A DNA stretch of 64,000 bases from an uncultured Collinsella sp. (GTDB taxonomy: Bacteria; Actinomycetota; Coriobacteriia; Coriobacteriales; Coriobacteriaceae). The position numbers and the translations under genes were made by a program. The first letter of the stretch is position 1; every line of letters starts with the position of its first letter. The stretch covers positions 3,823 to 67,822 of the forward strand of contig CABUCA010000001.1 of assembly GCA_902489965.1 (NCBI GenBank), given 5' to 3'. The notes under the pieces were generated by a model that had not been told where the DNA came from, did no database searches, and was given only the letters and a program-made list of their open reading frames with translations. Below are positions 25,931 to 34,334 of this stretch, piece by piece.

Positions 25931-27226
25931 TTATTTGGCGCCTTGCATGACCTCGTCGAGGGTGACGTTTACGGCATGCTGGGTAGGAACCCAGTCGACC
26001 TTCAGGAACAGCGCGGCAACCGTGATGGGGATATAGCTGAACATAAAGATCGGGAAGGTAAACAGGTTGGTCACCAGGCGCCACTTTTGTGCGCAGTGAA
26101 TATGCTTGTACTCAAAGATGGTCGTGAGCAGCGCCAGGATAAAGAAGGTCTGGTACATCATCGCAAAGGTCATAATGAGCGAAGCGGCACACGCCTGCAT
26201 CTCAACTTCGGTAGCCAAGAAGCCGTGCGAAAGGCCGCCCACGATGAGGAACGTGGCATTGGCGAGCATCGAGATCAAAGACAGCAGCATGCCCGGGGCG
26301 ATCGTCATGAACATGTCGTAGGCGGCAAAGCGGCGATAGCGGAACATCGACTTGACAAGATGCTTGCCGTAGGTAAAGAACACCTGGTAAAAGCCCTTGG
26401 TCCAGCGCATACGCTGCTTCCAGGATGCCTTGAACGTCACGGGTTGCTCGTCAAAAAACTCCGCCGGCGCATAGCCAATGCGAATGCCGTGAATGGCGCA
26501 GAACGTAGTGAACTGGATATCCTCGGTCAGCGTGTGGAACTGCCAGCCGTGCATGCCCTCGATAACGCTGGCGGAGATAAGGTAGCCCGATCCCGAGACA
26601 GCGCAGGAAGTCCTGCAGATATTGCGCGCGTTGTTGAGAAAGCGCGCCTCGCGCAGATACCAGGTAGCATTAGCTGCCGAGATCCACGAGCTGCCGAAGT
26701 TCTTGGAGTTGCGATAGCTCGTGACCACATGGAATCCCTGGTCAAAGGCGTCGTTCATCTTAGACACGTAATCGCGGGAGATGACGTTGTCGGCATCGAA
26801 GATGAAGTAGCCCTCAAACGTGTCGGGATACTCGTTGAGAATGCGATCGAAACCAAAGTCCATGACCCAGCTCTTGCCCTTGCGAGCGAGGTCATTACGC
26901 TCGTAAACAATGGCACCGGCCTCGCGCGCGAGCTGCGCGGTGTTGTCGGTGCAGGCATCGGCGACCACGAAGACCTCGATAAGCTCGGACGGATAATCCT
27001 GGTCCTTGATGGAGCGAACGAGGTTGGCAATCACGGCCTCCTCGTTATGTGCCGCAATAAAGAAAGCATAGCGATGGAGTTTTTTTGCCTTGGGAGGCGC
27101 GACCTCGCCACGAAGAGCGCCAATGACAAAGAAGACCACCTGGTACAGAAAGCAGACCGTGAGCAGCGTGACAACAATCTGGTTGAAGATCACGATGGGT
27201 GTGTTGGTTTGTAAAAAGGCGAGCAT
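25931..27226 (-). CDS. Family 2 glycosyltransferase, processive synthase type (IcaA/PgaC/cellulose-synthase-like)
   Basis: N-terminal TM, GT-A core with DxD (FDADN), TED and QRMRW (QxxRW) motifs, C-terminal TM bundle. Start at the ATG at 27226, preceded by GGGAG. Confidence 0.85.
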   Translation of the reverse strand: MLAFLQTNTPIVIFNQIVVTLLTVCFLYQVVFFVIGALRGEVAPPKAKKLHRYAFFIAAHNEEAVIANLVRSIKDQDYPSELIEVFVVADACTDNTAQLAREAGAIVYERNDLARKGKSWVMDFGFDRILNEYPDTFEGYFIFDADNVISRDYVSKMNDAFDQGFHVVTSYRNSKNFGSSWISAANATWYLREARFLNNARNICRTSCAVSGSGYLISASVIEGMHGWQFHTLTEDIQFTTFCAIHGIRIGYAPAEFFDEQPVTFKASWKQRMRWTKGFYQVFFTYGKHLVKSMFRYRRFAAYDMFMTIAPGMLLSLISMLANATFLIVGGLSHGFLATEVEMQACAASLIMTFAMMYQTFFILALLTTIFEYKHIHCAQKWRLVTNLFTFPIFMFSYIPITVAALFLKVDWVPTQHAVNVTLDEVMQGAK

Positions 27227-27308
27227 GCAGGCTCCCAGCAACGCGTTACGTAAACAACCGTATATCTTACCGCAGGCTTACCGAGTTCAAGAAACCACCT
27301 AATACTGG

Positions 27309-28322
27309 CTAGGCTTCGAGCAGACCGAGCTGCGGGACGATTTCGTCGCCAGCGGCAGTACGGCCGAGCGAACGCGGGGCCAGATCATCCAGAACCGCCG
27401 CAAGATCCCACGGTAGCTCATCACGGCACTCAATGCGCTCCCCCGTCACGGGATGATCGAATGCCACGCGCCAGGAATGCAGGAACTGCCTGGTCAGGCC
27501 CTGGTCAGCGCGCGCATCGCACTTGCCGTAAAGCGGATCGCCCACGCAGGCGTGGTTGATATGGCGCATATGCACGCGAATCTGATGTGTGCGGCCCGTA
27601 AATAGGTGGCACTCGACGAGGGTATAGCCGTCGTCAAAACGCGTGGAATCGAAGCGCTCGAGGACCTTAAAGGTCGTGATGGCCTGGCGTGCAAAGGGAT
27701 CATCGGAAACCGCCATCTTCACGCGGTCCCGCGTAGAACGGGCGATACCGGTATTGATAGTGCCCTCGTCCATGGCAATGTGACCGTGAACAAGCGTAAT
27801 GTAGCGGCGGTCGAGCGTGCGCGTACGGATAAGATTTTGGAGCGCGCGCTGGGTATCGTCGTCTTTAGCCGCGAGCATAAGGCCCGAGGTATCGCGATCC
27901 AGACGATGCACGATGCCGGGGCGGTCCTCGCCCTGAACGGTGCCCAGATGGTCGATACCGCAGTGATAGACCAGGGCATTCGCAAGCGTACCGCTCTCAT
28001 GACCATGCGCAGGATGGCACACCAGGCCACGCTGCTTAGAGAGCACGATGAGATAGTCGTCCTCATAGCGAATGTCGAGCGGGATGGCCTCGGGAATCAC
28101 GTCGGTCGGATCGTGCGGCTCGGGCAAGTCAACCGAGATGCGGTCGCCGGCGCGCACGGCATACTTTTTTGAAAGGCAGGTCTCGCCGTTGACGGCAACG
28201 GCGCCGCCTTCGATCAGATGTGCACAGGCAGAGCGCGTAGGGCAGCCGTCATTGGCACCCAGATAGGCATCGAGACGCTGGCCAGCGCAATCGTCAGCAA
28301 CAAGGATATGGATGTCGGCCAT
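27309..28322 (-). CDS. rluD: RluA-family 23S rRNA pseudouridine synthase (RluD-like)
   Basis: S4 domain plus the catalytic HRLDRDTSG motif. TAATG overlap with lspA. Confidence 0.9.
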   Translation of the reverse strand: MADIHILVADDCAGQRLDAYLGANDGCPTRSACAHLIEGGAVAVNGETCLSKKYAVRAGDRISVDLPEPHDPTDVIPEAIPLDIRYEDDYLIVLSKQRGLVCHPAHGHESGTLANALVYHCGIDHLGTVQGEDRPGIVHRLDRDTSGLMLAAKDDDTQRALQNLIRTRTLDRRYITLVHGHIAMDEGTINTGIARSTRDRVKMAVSDDPFARQAITTFKVLERFDSTRFDDGYTLVECHLFTGRTHQIRVHMRHINHACVGDPLYGKCDARADQGLTRQFLHSWRVAFDHPVTGERIECRDELPWDLAAVLDDLAPRSLGRTAAGDEIVPQLGLLEA

Positions 28323-28903
28323 TAGCGCTCATTCCTTTCGCGAATCTTGCGGGCACGCTCCCCACGCTGCTTGGCTTTGCGCTTGGCGCGTGCCTCATCA
28401 CGGGCGTTAAGCTCAGCGGTCGCGTCGACCTCACGGGCCGCGGGGCTCAAGAACATGTATCCGAAGAGGGCGAGCACGACGCCCAAGGTAATGCCGATAT
28501 CGGCCACATTGAAGACGGGGAAGTCGATGAAGGTGGTGGCAATAAAATCGGTCACGAAGCCAAAGGCCAAACGATCGATAGCGTTGCCAATAGCACCGCC
28601 CGCAACCATCGCCATGCCCACAACCTCAAGATGGGCAAGCTGGGGTGCACGAACGAGGTACACGGCAATAGCGATAATGACCGCCAACGCCAGCACGGCA
28701 AACGCGATGCCATGCCCCTCGCCCATGCTAAAGGCAGCGCCGATATTGCGGACAAACAGGAAGTCGATCACGCCGGGGATGACGGTCACATGCAGTGCAT
28801 CGCCCACGGCACGAACCGCAAGCTTGGTCAGCTGGTCAACAAGCAGCACAACGAGCGCCACCCCACCAGCAACACCCAACCGCCAACGCAAAGGCGGCGT
28901 CAT
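28322..28903 (-). CDS. lspA: Lipoprotein signal peptidase II
   Basis: Four TM segments and conserved NxGAAF and FNVAD motifs. ATG at 28903 preferred over the TTG at 28921. Confidence 0.9.
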   Translation of the reverse strand: MTPPLRWRLGVAGGVALVVLLVDQLTKLAVRAVGDALHVTVIPGVIDFLFVRNIGAAFSMGEGHGIAFAVLALAVIIAIAVYLVRAPQLAHLEVVGMAMVAGGAIGNAIDRLAFGFVTDFIATTFIDFPVFNVADIGITLGVVLALFGYMFLSPAAREVDATAELNARDEARAKRKAKQRGERARKIRERNER

Positions 28904-29030
28904 ATCCCCAGCACGATCCAAAAAAATCCCCTACCCTCAAGAACATCGAATAACGTTTAACGCAATTAACCATCTTATATTGCCACACGCAGAGCGCACG
29001 ACATATCCACCAACACAAGCGAAATAACCA

Positions 29031-29070
29031 GCATAAAACGAAAGCGACATTCCGAATAACGGAATGTCGC
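29031..29070 (-). terminator. Rho-independent terminator in the ileS-lspA spacer
   Basis: On the minus strand the perfect 11-bp stem gcgacattccg/cggaatgtcgc is followed by TTTCGTTTTATG. Confidence 0.7.
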
Positions 29071-29263
29071 TTAATTGCTTTCGACTAGAAGCGCAAGTCG
29101 AAAGAAAGCCTCTAGCTCCAACAATGGAAACGCCGCGTTATCGTCACCAACAGCGAAAACGCCTCTAAGCGAGCAAGGTGACGTGAAAGAGGAGGGAAGC
29201 GTACTTTGGTACGCGACCGACGATTGAACGTCAGATTGCCGCTTAGGGGCGTTTGCAGCGTCG

Positions 29264-29298
29264 GTAGGTTACGGCGTTCTACGAACGCCGTAACCTAC
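29264..29298. other. Perfect 16-bp hairpin overlapping the ileS stop codon
   Basis: gtaggttacggcgttc-tac-gaacgccgtaacctac. The ileS TAG (29295..29297) lies inside the right arm. No U-tract on either strand. Confidence 0.8.
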
Positions 29299-32096
29299 AG
29301 TGCATCAGCGCAGCGCTTGCAGATATGCGCGTGGCCGTTGTACTCGCCGACGGTGGTGCGATAGTTCCAGCAACGGTCGCAGCACTCGCCCTCGGCTGCC
29401 TCGATGGCAACGGAGAGTTCCTCGCCCTGGGTCAGCTCAACATCGGAAACGATGTAGAACTCGGCCAGGTCGACGGCCTTATCGCCGGTCAGCAGCGCGT
29501 ACATCTCGGCGGGAACGACCGCCTTGACGCGAACCTGCTGGCTCTTGGTGAAGGTGCCGGCAGAACGGGCATCCTCAAGGGCCTTGGTCACGGCGCTACG
29601 GAGCTCGAGCGAAGCCTCGAGCACGCCCTCGAACTCATTGGCCTCGTCGACCGTGATGGGCGACTTGTACCAATCGAGCAGCGCGGCGTACTTCTGGTGA
29701 TCGACGCAGCCGGCGGGCGCATATGCCATGGCCTCGTCAACCGTGTAGGACAGGATCGGCTGCAGGTCGCGCATGAGCATCGAGAAGAGCTCGGCCAGCA
29801 CGGTCTGGGCGCTGCGGCGCTCGAGCGAGCCGGGCTTATCGCAGTACAGACGGTCCTTCAGGGCGTCGAGGTACACGTTGGAAAGCTCGGTAACCACGAA
29901 GTCATAGAGCGCACGGTAGGCGCGCGGGAACTCATAGCTGGCGTAGGCGTCGTCGACCTCGGCCTGGACCTGGGTCAGACGGGCAACCATGAGCTTGTCG
30001 AGCGGCAGCAGGTCGGCAAAGGCGACGCCGTCGGTCTCGGGCTCAAACTGACCCTCGAGCTCGGAGAGCAGGAAGCGCAGCGTGTTGCGGAAACGACGGT
30101 AGGCATCGGACGTACGAGCAAGGATCTCGTGGTCGATGGACACGTCGGAGCTGGTATCGACGGATGCAACCCACAGACGGATGATATCGGCGCCCATCTC
30201 GTCGCAGACCTTGTTGGGGTCGATGACGTTGCCGAGCGACTTGGACATCTTGCGGCCCTGGCCATCGAGCGTGAAGCCCTGCGAGACGACCGCCTTGTAC
30301 GGAGCATGGCCGTTGGCACCCACCGAGGTGAGCAGCGAGCTCTGGAACCAACCGCGATGCTGGTCGGAGCCCTCGAGATACACGTCAGCCGGGTACTCAA
30401 GCTCGGGTCGATACTCGCAGACGGCCTTCCAGGACACGCCGGAGTCCCACCACACGTCGAGAATGTCCTTATCAGCCTTGAGGTGATGGCCGCCACACTT
30501 GGGGCAAACGCAAGCCTCGCCCAGGTAACTCTCGGGAGCGTCGGTGAACCAGGCGTCGGAGCCCTTCTCGTGGAAGAGCTTGATGACGGCGTCGAGCGTG
30601 GCGTCGTTCATGACCTTCTCGCCGCAGTCGGCGCAGGTGTAGCTGGGGATAGGCACGCCCCAGTTGCGCTGACGGCTGATGCACCAGTCGGGACGCTGCT
30701 CGACCATGGCACCGATGCGGTTTGCCGCGTGGGCCGGATACCACTTGACGTTCTCGCGGACCTCTTTGCCAGCCTGCTCGCGCAAACCGGTCTTATCCAT
30801 CGAGACGAACCACTGGTCGGTAGCACGGAAGAGCACCGGGTGCTTGCAGCGCCAGCAGTGCGGATAGCTGTGCGTGATCTTCTTCTCGAGGACGAGGGTG
30901 CCGCGCTCGCGCAGGAACTCGATGATGTGCGGGTTGGCCTCGTCGGTATCCATGCCGCTGAAGGGGCCACCGGTGCCAAACTCCTCGCCGGTGTAGAACT
31001 TGCCGTCGTCATCGACCGGCATGCAGATGTCGGTGATGCCCTCCTTGAGGCAGGCAAAGTAGTCGTCGACGCCGTGGCCGGGCGAGTTGTGGACAATACC
31101 GGTACCGTCATCGACACCGACGTAATCGGCCAGCAGCGCCACGCCCTCGACACCGTCGAAGATCGGCTGCTTGTAGTGGATGTGGTGGAAGGTCTCGGCG
31201 GGAACCACATAGGGCTTGCCGTCGACCATAACCGGAGTGTACTCCCAGCCAAACTCCTCGCAGCACTTAGGAGCCAGGTCCTCGAGCATGACCTCGGCGC
31301 GGCCGTCGTGCTCAACGGCGACGTAGGCGGCGCCGGGCTTGAGAGAAACGGCCTGGTCGGAGGGGATGGTCCACGGCGTGGTCGTCCAGATGATAAAGTC
31401 AACCGGGCCGTCGAAGTTCTCGAGGCCGGCGGGCTTGGAGGTCATCTCAAAGCGCACGAAGATGGACGGGCTCGTCTCGTCGGAGTACTCGATCTCGGCC
31501 TCAGCGAGTGCGGTGTGGCAGTGCTTGCACCAATGGACGGGCTTGTGACCGCGATAGATCATACCCTTATCGAACATGGCCTTGAAGACCTCGATGTCGG
31601 CAGCGTCATGCTGGTGATAGAGCGTCAGGTAGGGGTTGTCCCAGTCGCCAAGCACGCCCAGGCGACGGAAGCCGGCCTTCTGCAGCTCGATGTTCTCGAC
31701 AGCGAACTTGTTGCAAAGCTCGCGGATCTTGGCCGTGGAGGTCTGGTTGAACTTCTCGGTGCCGAGCTTCTCCTCGACCTTATGCTCGATCGGCTGGCCA
31801 TGGCAGTCCCAACCGGGGACATAGGGAACCTCATAGCCCTGCATCATCCAGTAACGGTTGATCATGTCCTTGGAGATCTTGTTCATGGCGTGGCCGATGT
31901 GGATCGGGCCGTTGGCGTACGGAGGGCCGTCGTGCAGCACGAACTTCTTGTGACCCTCGTTCTTCTTCAGAACCTGCTCGTAGACCTTGTTGTCCTGCCA
32001 GTCCTTGAGTCGCTTGGGCTCGGACTTGGAAAGACCGGCACGCATGGGAAAACCGGTCTTGGGCAGATTCATCGTCTGCTTGTACTCGTTTGCCAC
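29295..32096 (-). CDS. ileS: Isoleucine--tRNA ligase
   Basis: HIGH (PIHIGHAMNK) and KMSKS motifs, CP1 editing domain, C-terminal Cys-cluster (CDRCWNY...CKRC). Start placed at the GTG at 32096 (VANEYKQTMNLPKTGFPMRA), preceded by AAAGGGG. The upstream part of the track ORF runs through the T-box terminator. Confidence 0.95.
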   Translation of the reverse strand: MANEYKQTMNLPKTGFPMRAGLSKSEPKRLKDWQDNKVYEQVLKKNEGHKKFVLHDGPPYANGPIHIGHAMNKISKDMINRYWMMQGYEVPYVPGWDCHGQPIEHKVEEKLGTEKFNQTSTAKIRELCNKFAVENIELQKAGFRRLGVLGDWDNPYLTLYHQHDAADIEVFKAMFDKGMIYRGHKPVHWCKHCHTALAEAEIEYSDETSPSIFVRFEMTSKPAGLENFDGPVDFIIWTTTPWTIPSDQAVSLKPGAAYVAVEHDGRAEVMLEDLAPKCCEEFGWEYTPVMVDGKPYVVPAETFHHIHYKQPIFDGVEGVALLADYVGVDDGTGIVHNSPGHGVDDYFACLKEGITDICMPVDDDGKFYTGEEFGTGGPFSGMDTDEANPHIIEFLRERGTLVLEKKITHSYPHCWRCKHPVLFRATDQWFVSMDKTGLREQAGKEVRENVKWYPAHAANRIGAMVEQRPDWCISRQRNWGVPIPSYTCADCGEKVMNDATLDAVIKLFHEKGSDAWFTDAPESYLGEACVCPKCGGHHLKADKDILDVWWDSGVSWKAVCEYRPELEYPADVYLEGSDQHRGWFQSSLLTSVGANGHAPYKAVVSQGFTLDGQGRKMSKSLGNVIDPNKVCDEMGADIIRLWVASVDTSSDVSIDHEILARTSDAYRRFRNTLRFLLSELEGQFEPETDGVAFADLLPLDKLMVARLTQVQAEVDDAYASYEFPRAYRALYDFVVTELSNVYLDALKDRLYCDKPGSLERRSAQTVLAELFSMLMRDLQPILSYTVDEAMAYAPAGCVDHQKYAALLDWYKSPITVDEANEFEGVLEASLELRSAVTKALEDARSAGTFTKSQQVRVKAVVPAEMYALLTGDKAVDLAEFYIVSDVELTQGEELSVAIEAAEGECCDRCWNYRTTVGEYNGHAHICKRCADAL

Positions 32097-32139
32097 GGTA
32101 CCCCTTTCATGTCGTGGGCGCGCACGCCCGTTGGGCACC

Positions 32140-32430
32140 AAAAAAGCGCCCGTCCCTACAAGCTGGGACGAAGCGCCACAAAACGGACTGTACGCCCGCA
32201 AAAGCTCTTCGTTTAACCACCCAGCTTAGATGCCCTCGCCCGCGTATTCGCGCGCTCGCATCCGTTACTCGGCTGGCCTGTATCGACGACCATCTCGGCG
32301 ATATCTACTAAGACGAGCCTGTGCGACGCGTCCGTTGGGACCGCAGCTCCGGGGTGATTTTCATCGGTCGCATGCACGGGTTCTCAGCGCTCCCCGCTCT
32401 CTGTAACATGCGGACGGCCGACTACTCGTC
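32140..32430 (-). promoter_or_regulatory. T-box riboswitch leader of ileS (Ile AUC specifier) with terminator/antiterminator
   Basis: On the minus strand: AG-bulge-like AGAGAG, specifier loop GAUGAAA-AUC-A (codon at 32356..32358), T-box sequence AAGCUGGGUGGUUAAACGAAG (about 32207..32227). Terminator gcgcttcgtccc...gggacgggcgc + TTTTTT (32140..32176), whose 5' half (cccagc) can alternatively pair with the T-box gctggg. Confidence 0.8.
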
Positions 32431-32582
32431 CCCATCAACGCTTATGCGGAGTATGCTAGCACGTTCCGCGCCGGCGAAAAACCCTCAACACTGGTTTTAT
32501 ACGTTCGAAATTTCTCGCGGCTGTGGACCTTTTCTAGGAGCAAAATACCTGAAAGCACTTTATCGAAAGAAAGAAGGTTGCC

Positions 32583-33671
32583 ATGCGCACGATTGGAATG
32601 AGTGATTATACCGTTGGCGAGGATTGCTTTACCGAGGTGCCCGCCGCACTGGCCGAGTACGGAGCGACCAAGGTCGCCATCATTGGCGGCAAGCGAGCCC
32701 TGGCTGCGGCGCTGCCGGGAATCGAGGCGGCACTTGAAGATACCGATGTCGAGGTCCTGGAGACGCGCGTCTACGGTACCAACAGTACGCGTGCCAATAT
32801 CGCCAAGGTCGTAAACTCCCCCGCCTGCCAGGAAGCCGACGTGCTCATTGCTTGCGGCGGCGGCAAGGCGCTCGATACCGTCAAGACGGCGGCCATCGAG
32901 CTCAAGAAGATCGTCTTTACCGTGCCGACGATCTGCTCCAACTGCTCCGCCGCGACCGCCATTGCCGTTGTCTACAACGACGACGGCTCGCTCGAGGGCT
33001 ATTCGTACCCCAACCGCCCCGCGCACATCTTCATCAACCCCAAGATTATCGCCGAGTCGCCAGCAGAGTACTTCTGGGCCGGCGTGGGCGATGCCCTGTC
33101 TAAGCAGCCCGAGGTCGAGTACGCCACGAGCGCCGGTAATTTGGAGCACACCGCCGGTCTTGGCCTGGCACTCGCCCACACCTGCTCCGAGCCGCTGTTT
33201 ACCTATGGCGTCCAGGGTCTTGAGGACGTGCGCCAGGACCTGTCGACCGAGGCCGTCAAGCAGATCGCGCTCGACATCGTGGTCAACACGGGCTACGTCT
33301 CCAACCTGACCAACCAGAACGATTACTACTACAACTCGAGCGTGGCGCACGTATTCTACAACGCCACCTGCAGCATTCCGCGTGAGGGCACCTACCTGCA
33401 CGGCGAGGTCGTGAGCCTGGGCGTGCTCGTGCTGTTTGCCTATACGGGAGACACCGAGAACCTTGAGCGCTACGCCGCCTTTAACAAGCAGATGGGGCTG
33501 CCCGTGACGCTTGAGCAGGTCGGCCTTACCGAGGCCGACATCCCGGCGCTGTGTGAGTATGCCCACGCCACCAACGAGTGGAAGCAGGGTAACCCGGAGC
33601 CCTTCACCGACGAAAAGTTCGCCGCCGCCATCAAGGCCGCCGACGCCTACGGCCACACCCTCCTCGCCTAA
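32583..33671 (+). CDS. Iron-containing alcohol dehydrogenase family protein (glycerol dehydrogenase-like)
   Basis: GGGKALDTVK NAD motif, GVGDALSK, and His ligand contexts SVAHVFYNA and LHGEVVSLG. The overlapping minus-strand ORF 32442..33773 is an antisense shadow. Confidence 0.85.
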   Translation: MRTIGMSDYTVGEDCFTEVPAALAEYGATKVAIIGGKRALAAALPGIEAALEDTDVEVLETRVYGTNSTRANIAKVVNSPACQEADVLIACGGGKALDTVKTAAIELKKIVFTVPTICSNCSAATAIAVVYNDDGSLEGYSYPNRPAHIFINPKIIAESPAEYFWAGVGDALSKQPEVEYATSAGNLEHTAGLGLALAHTCSEPLFTYGVQGLEDVRQDLSTEAVKQIALDIVVNTGYVSNLTNQNDYYYNSSVAHVFYNATCSIPREGTYLHGEVVSLGVLVLFAYTGDTENLERYAAFNKQMGLPVTLEQVGLTEADIPALCEYAHATNEWKQGNPEPFTDEKFAAAIKAADAYGHTLLA

Positions 33672-33758
33672 CCTACCAAAAAGTGACAGGTTTATTTTGG
33701 CAGGTTTTATATGGGTAAATACCATTGAACAATTGGTGAGATAGTCTAGCTTGCCAGC

Positions 33759-33798
33759 AAAAGGGGCGACCATCTACTCGATGGCCGCCCCTTTTATT
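33759..33798. terminator. Bidirectional terminator between the Fe-ADH gene (+) and the DUF523 gene (-)
   Basis: aaaaggggcgaccatc-tactc-gatggccgcccctttt, with A and T runs on both sides. Confidence 0.75.
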
Positions 33799-33800
33799 TA

Positions 33801-34253
33801 CTACTTCAACATGCTGGGGTCGAACTCGCTTGCCGGGATCACACGGTAGCCGTGGCGCAGGAGCAGGTCGACGAAAACACCGTTGCCCGCGGTGAGCGTA
33901 CCGCTAAAGGTGCCGTCGTAGATGTGACCCGCACCGCACGAGGGGCTGCGGTCCTGAAGGATGCACGCGACTATCTCTTCCGGTCCGCCTGCCTGCTCGC
34001 ACATATCGAGCGCACGTTGGGCACCCAGGCGAAATTCGCGATCAACCGAGATGCCCTCGCAGGTACGAACCTCGCCGTTCACAATCTCGGACGGCTTGCG
34101 CGGCGTGAGCAGGCCGCCAAAGACCTCGGGGCACACGAGGAGGACCTCGGTCCCCGTGCGCTCGCAAGCCTCGACCAACGCGCGGTGGTAGTTATCGAGC
34201 CCGTTATACTTGCAGCTCTCGCCCATCAAGCAGGCGCTCACCACGATCTTCAT
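33801..34253 (-). CDS. DUF523 (YbbK/TudS-like, putative thiouracil desulfidase) protein
   Basis: MKIVVSACLMGESCKYNG... and DRSPSCG Cys motifs typical of DUF523. The start could also be the ATG at 34259. Confidence 0.8.
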   Translation of the reverse strand: MKIVVSACLMGESCKYNGLDNYHRALVEACERTGTEVLLVCPEVFGGLLTPRKPSEIVNGEVRTCEGISVDREFRLGAQRALDMCEQAGGPEEIVACILQDRSPSCGAGHIYDGTFSGTLTAGNGVFVDLLLRHGYRVIPASEFDPSMLK

Positions 34254-34334
34254 TTCCATCCCTCTCAAGCAAAACGCCCCATTTGAGAAAGCTGCTCAAA
34301 TGGGGCGTCGGCGTTTACTGGCTCGGCCGCGGCG

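Noticed and set aside
29078-29262. Whether the structured ileS-lspA spacer is SRP (4.5S) RNA or 6S RNA, or encodes the 14-aa peptide METPRYRHQQRKRL (29124..29168, plus strand).
   Set aside because: There is no GGAA-tetraloop/domain IV consensus of SRP RNA, and no long interrupted helix with a central bubble as in 6S. The mini-ORF has no RBS and no support. It is kept only as an unclassified structured element.
32442-33773. 443-aa minus-strand ORF opposite the Fe-ADH gene.
   Set aside because: The plus-strand frame carries clear Fe-ADH/glycerol dehydrogenase motifs (GGGKALDT, GVGDALSK, LHGEVV). The minus-strand translation is featureless and runs through the bidirectional terminator region.
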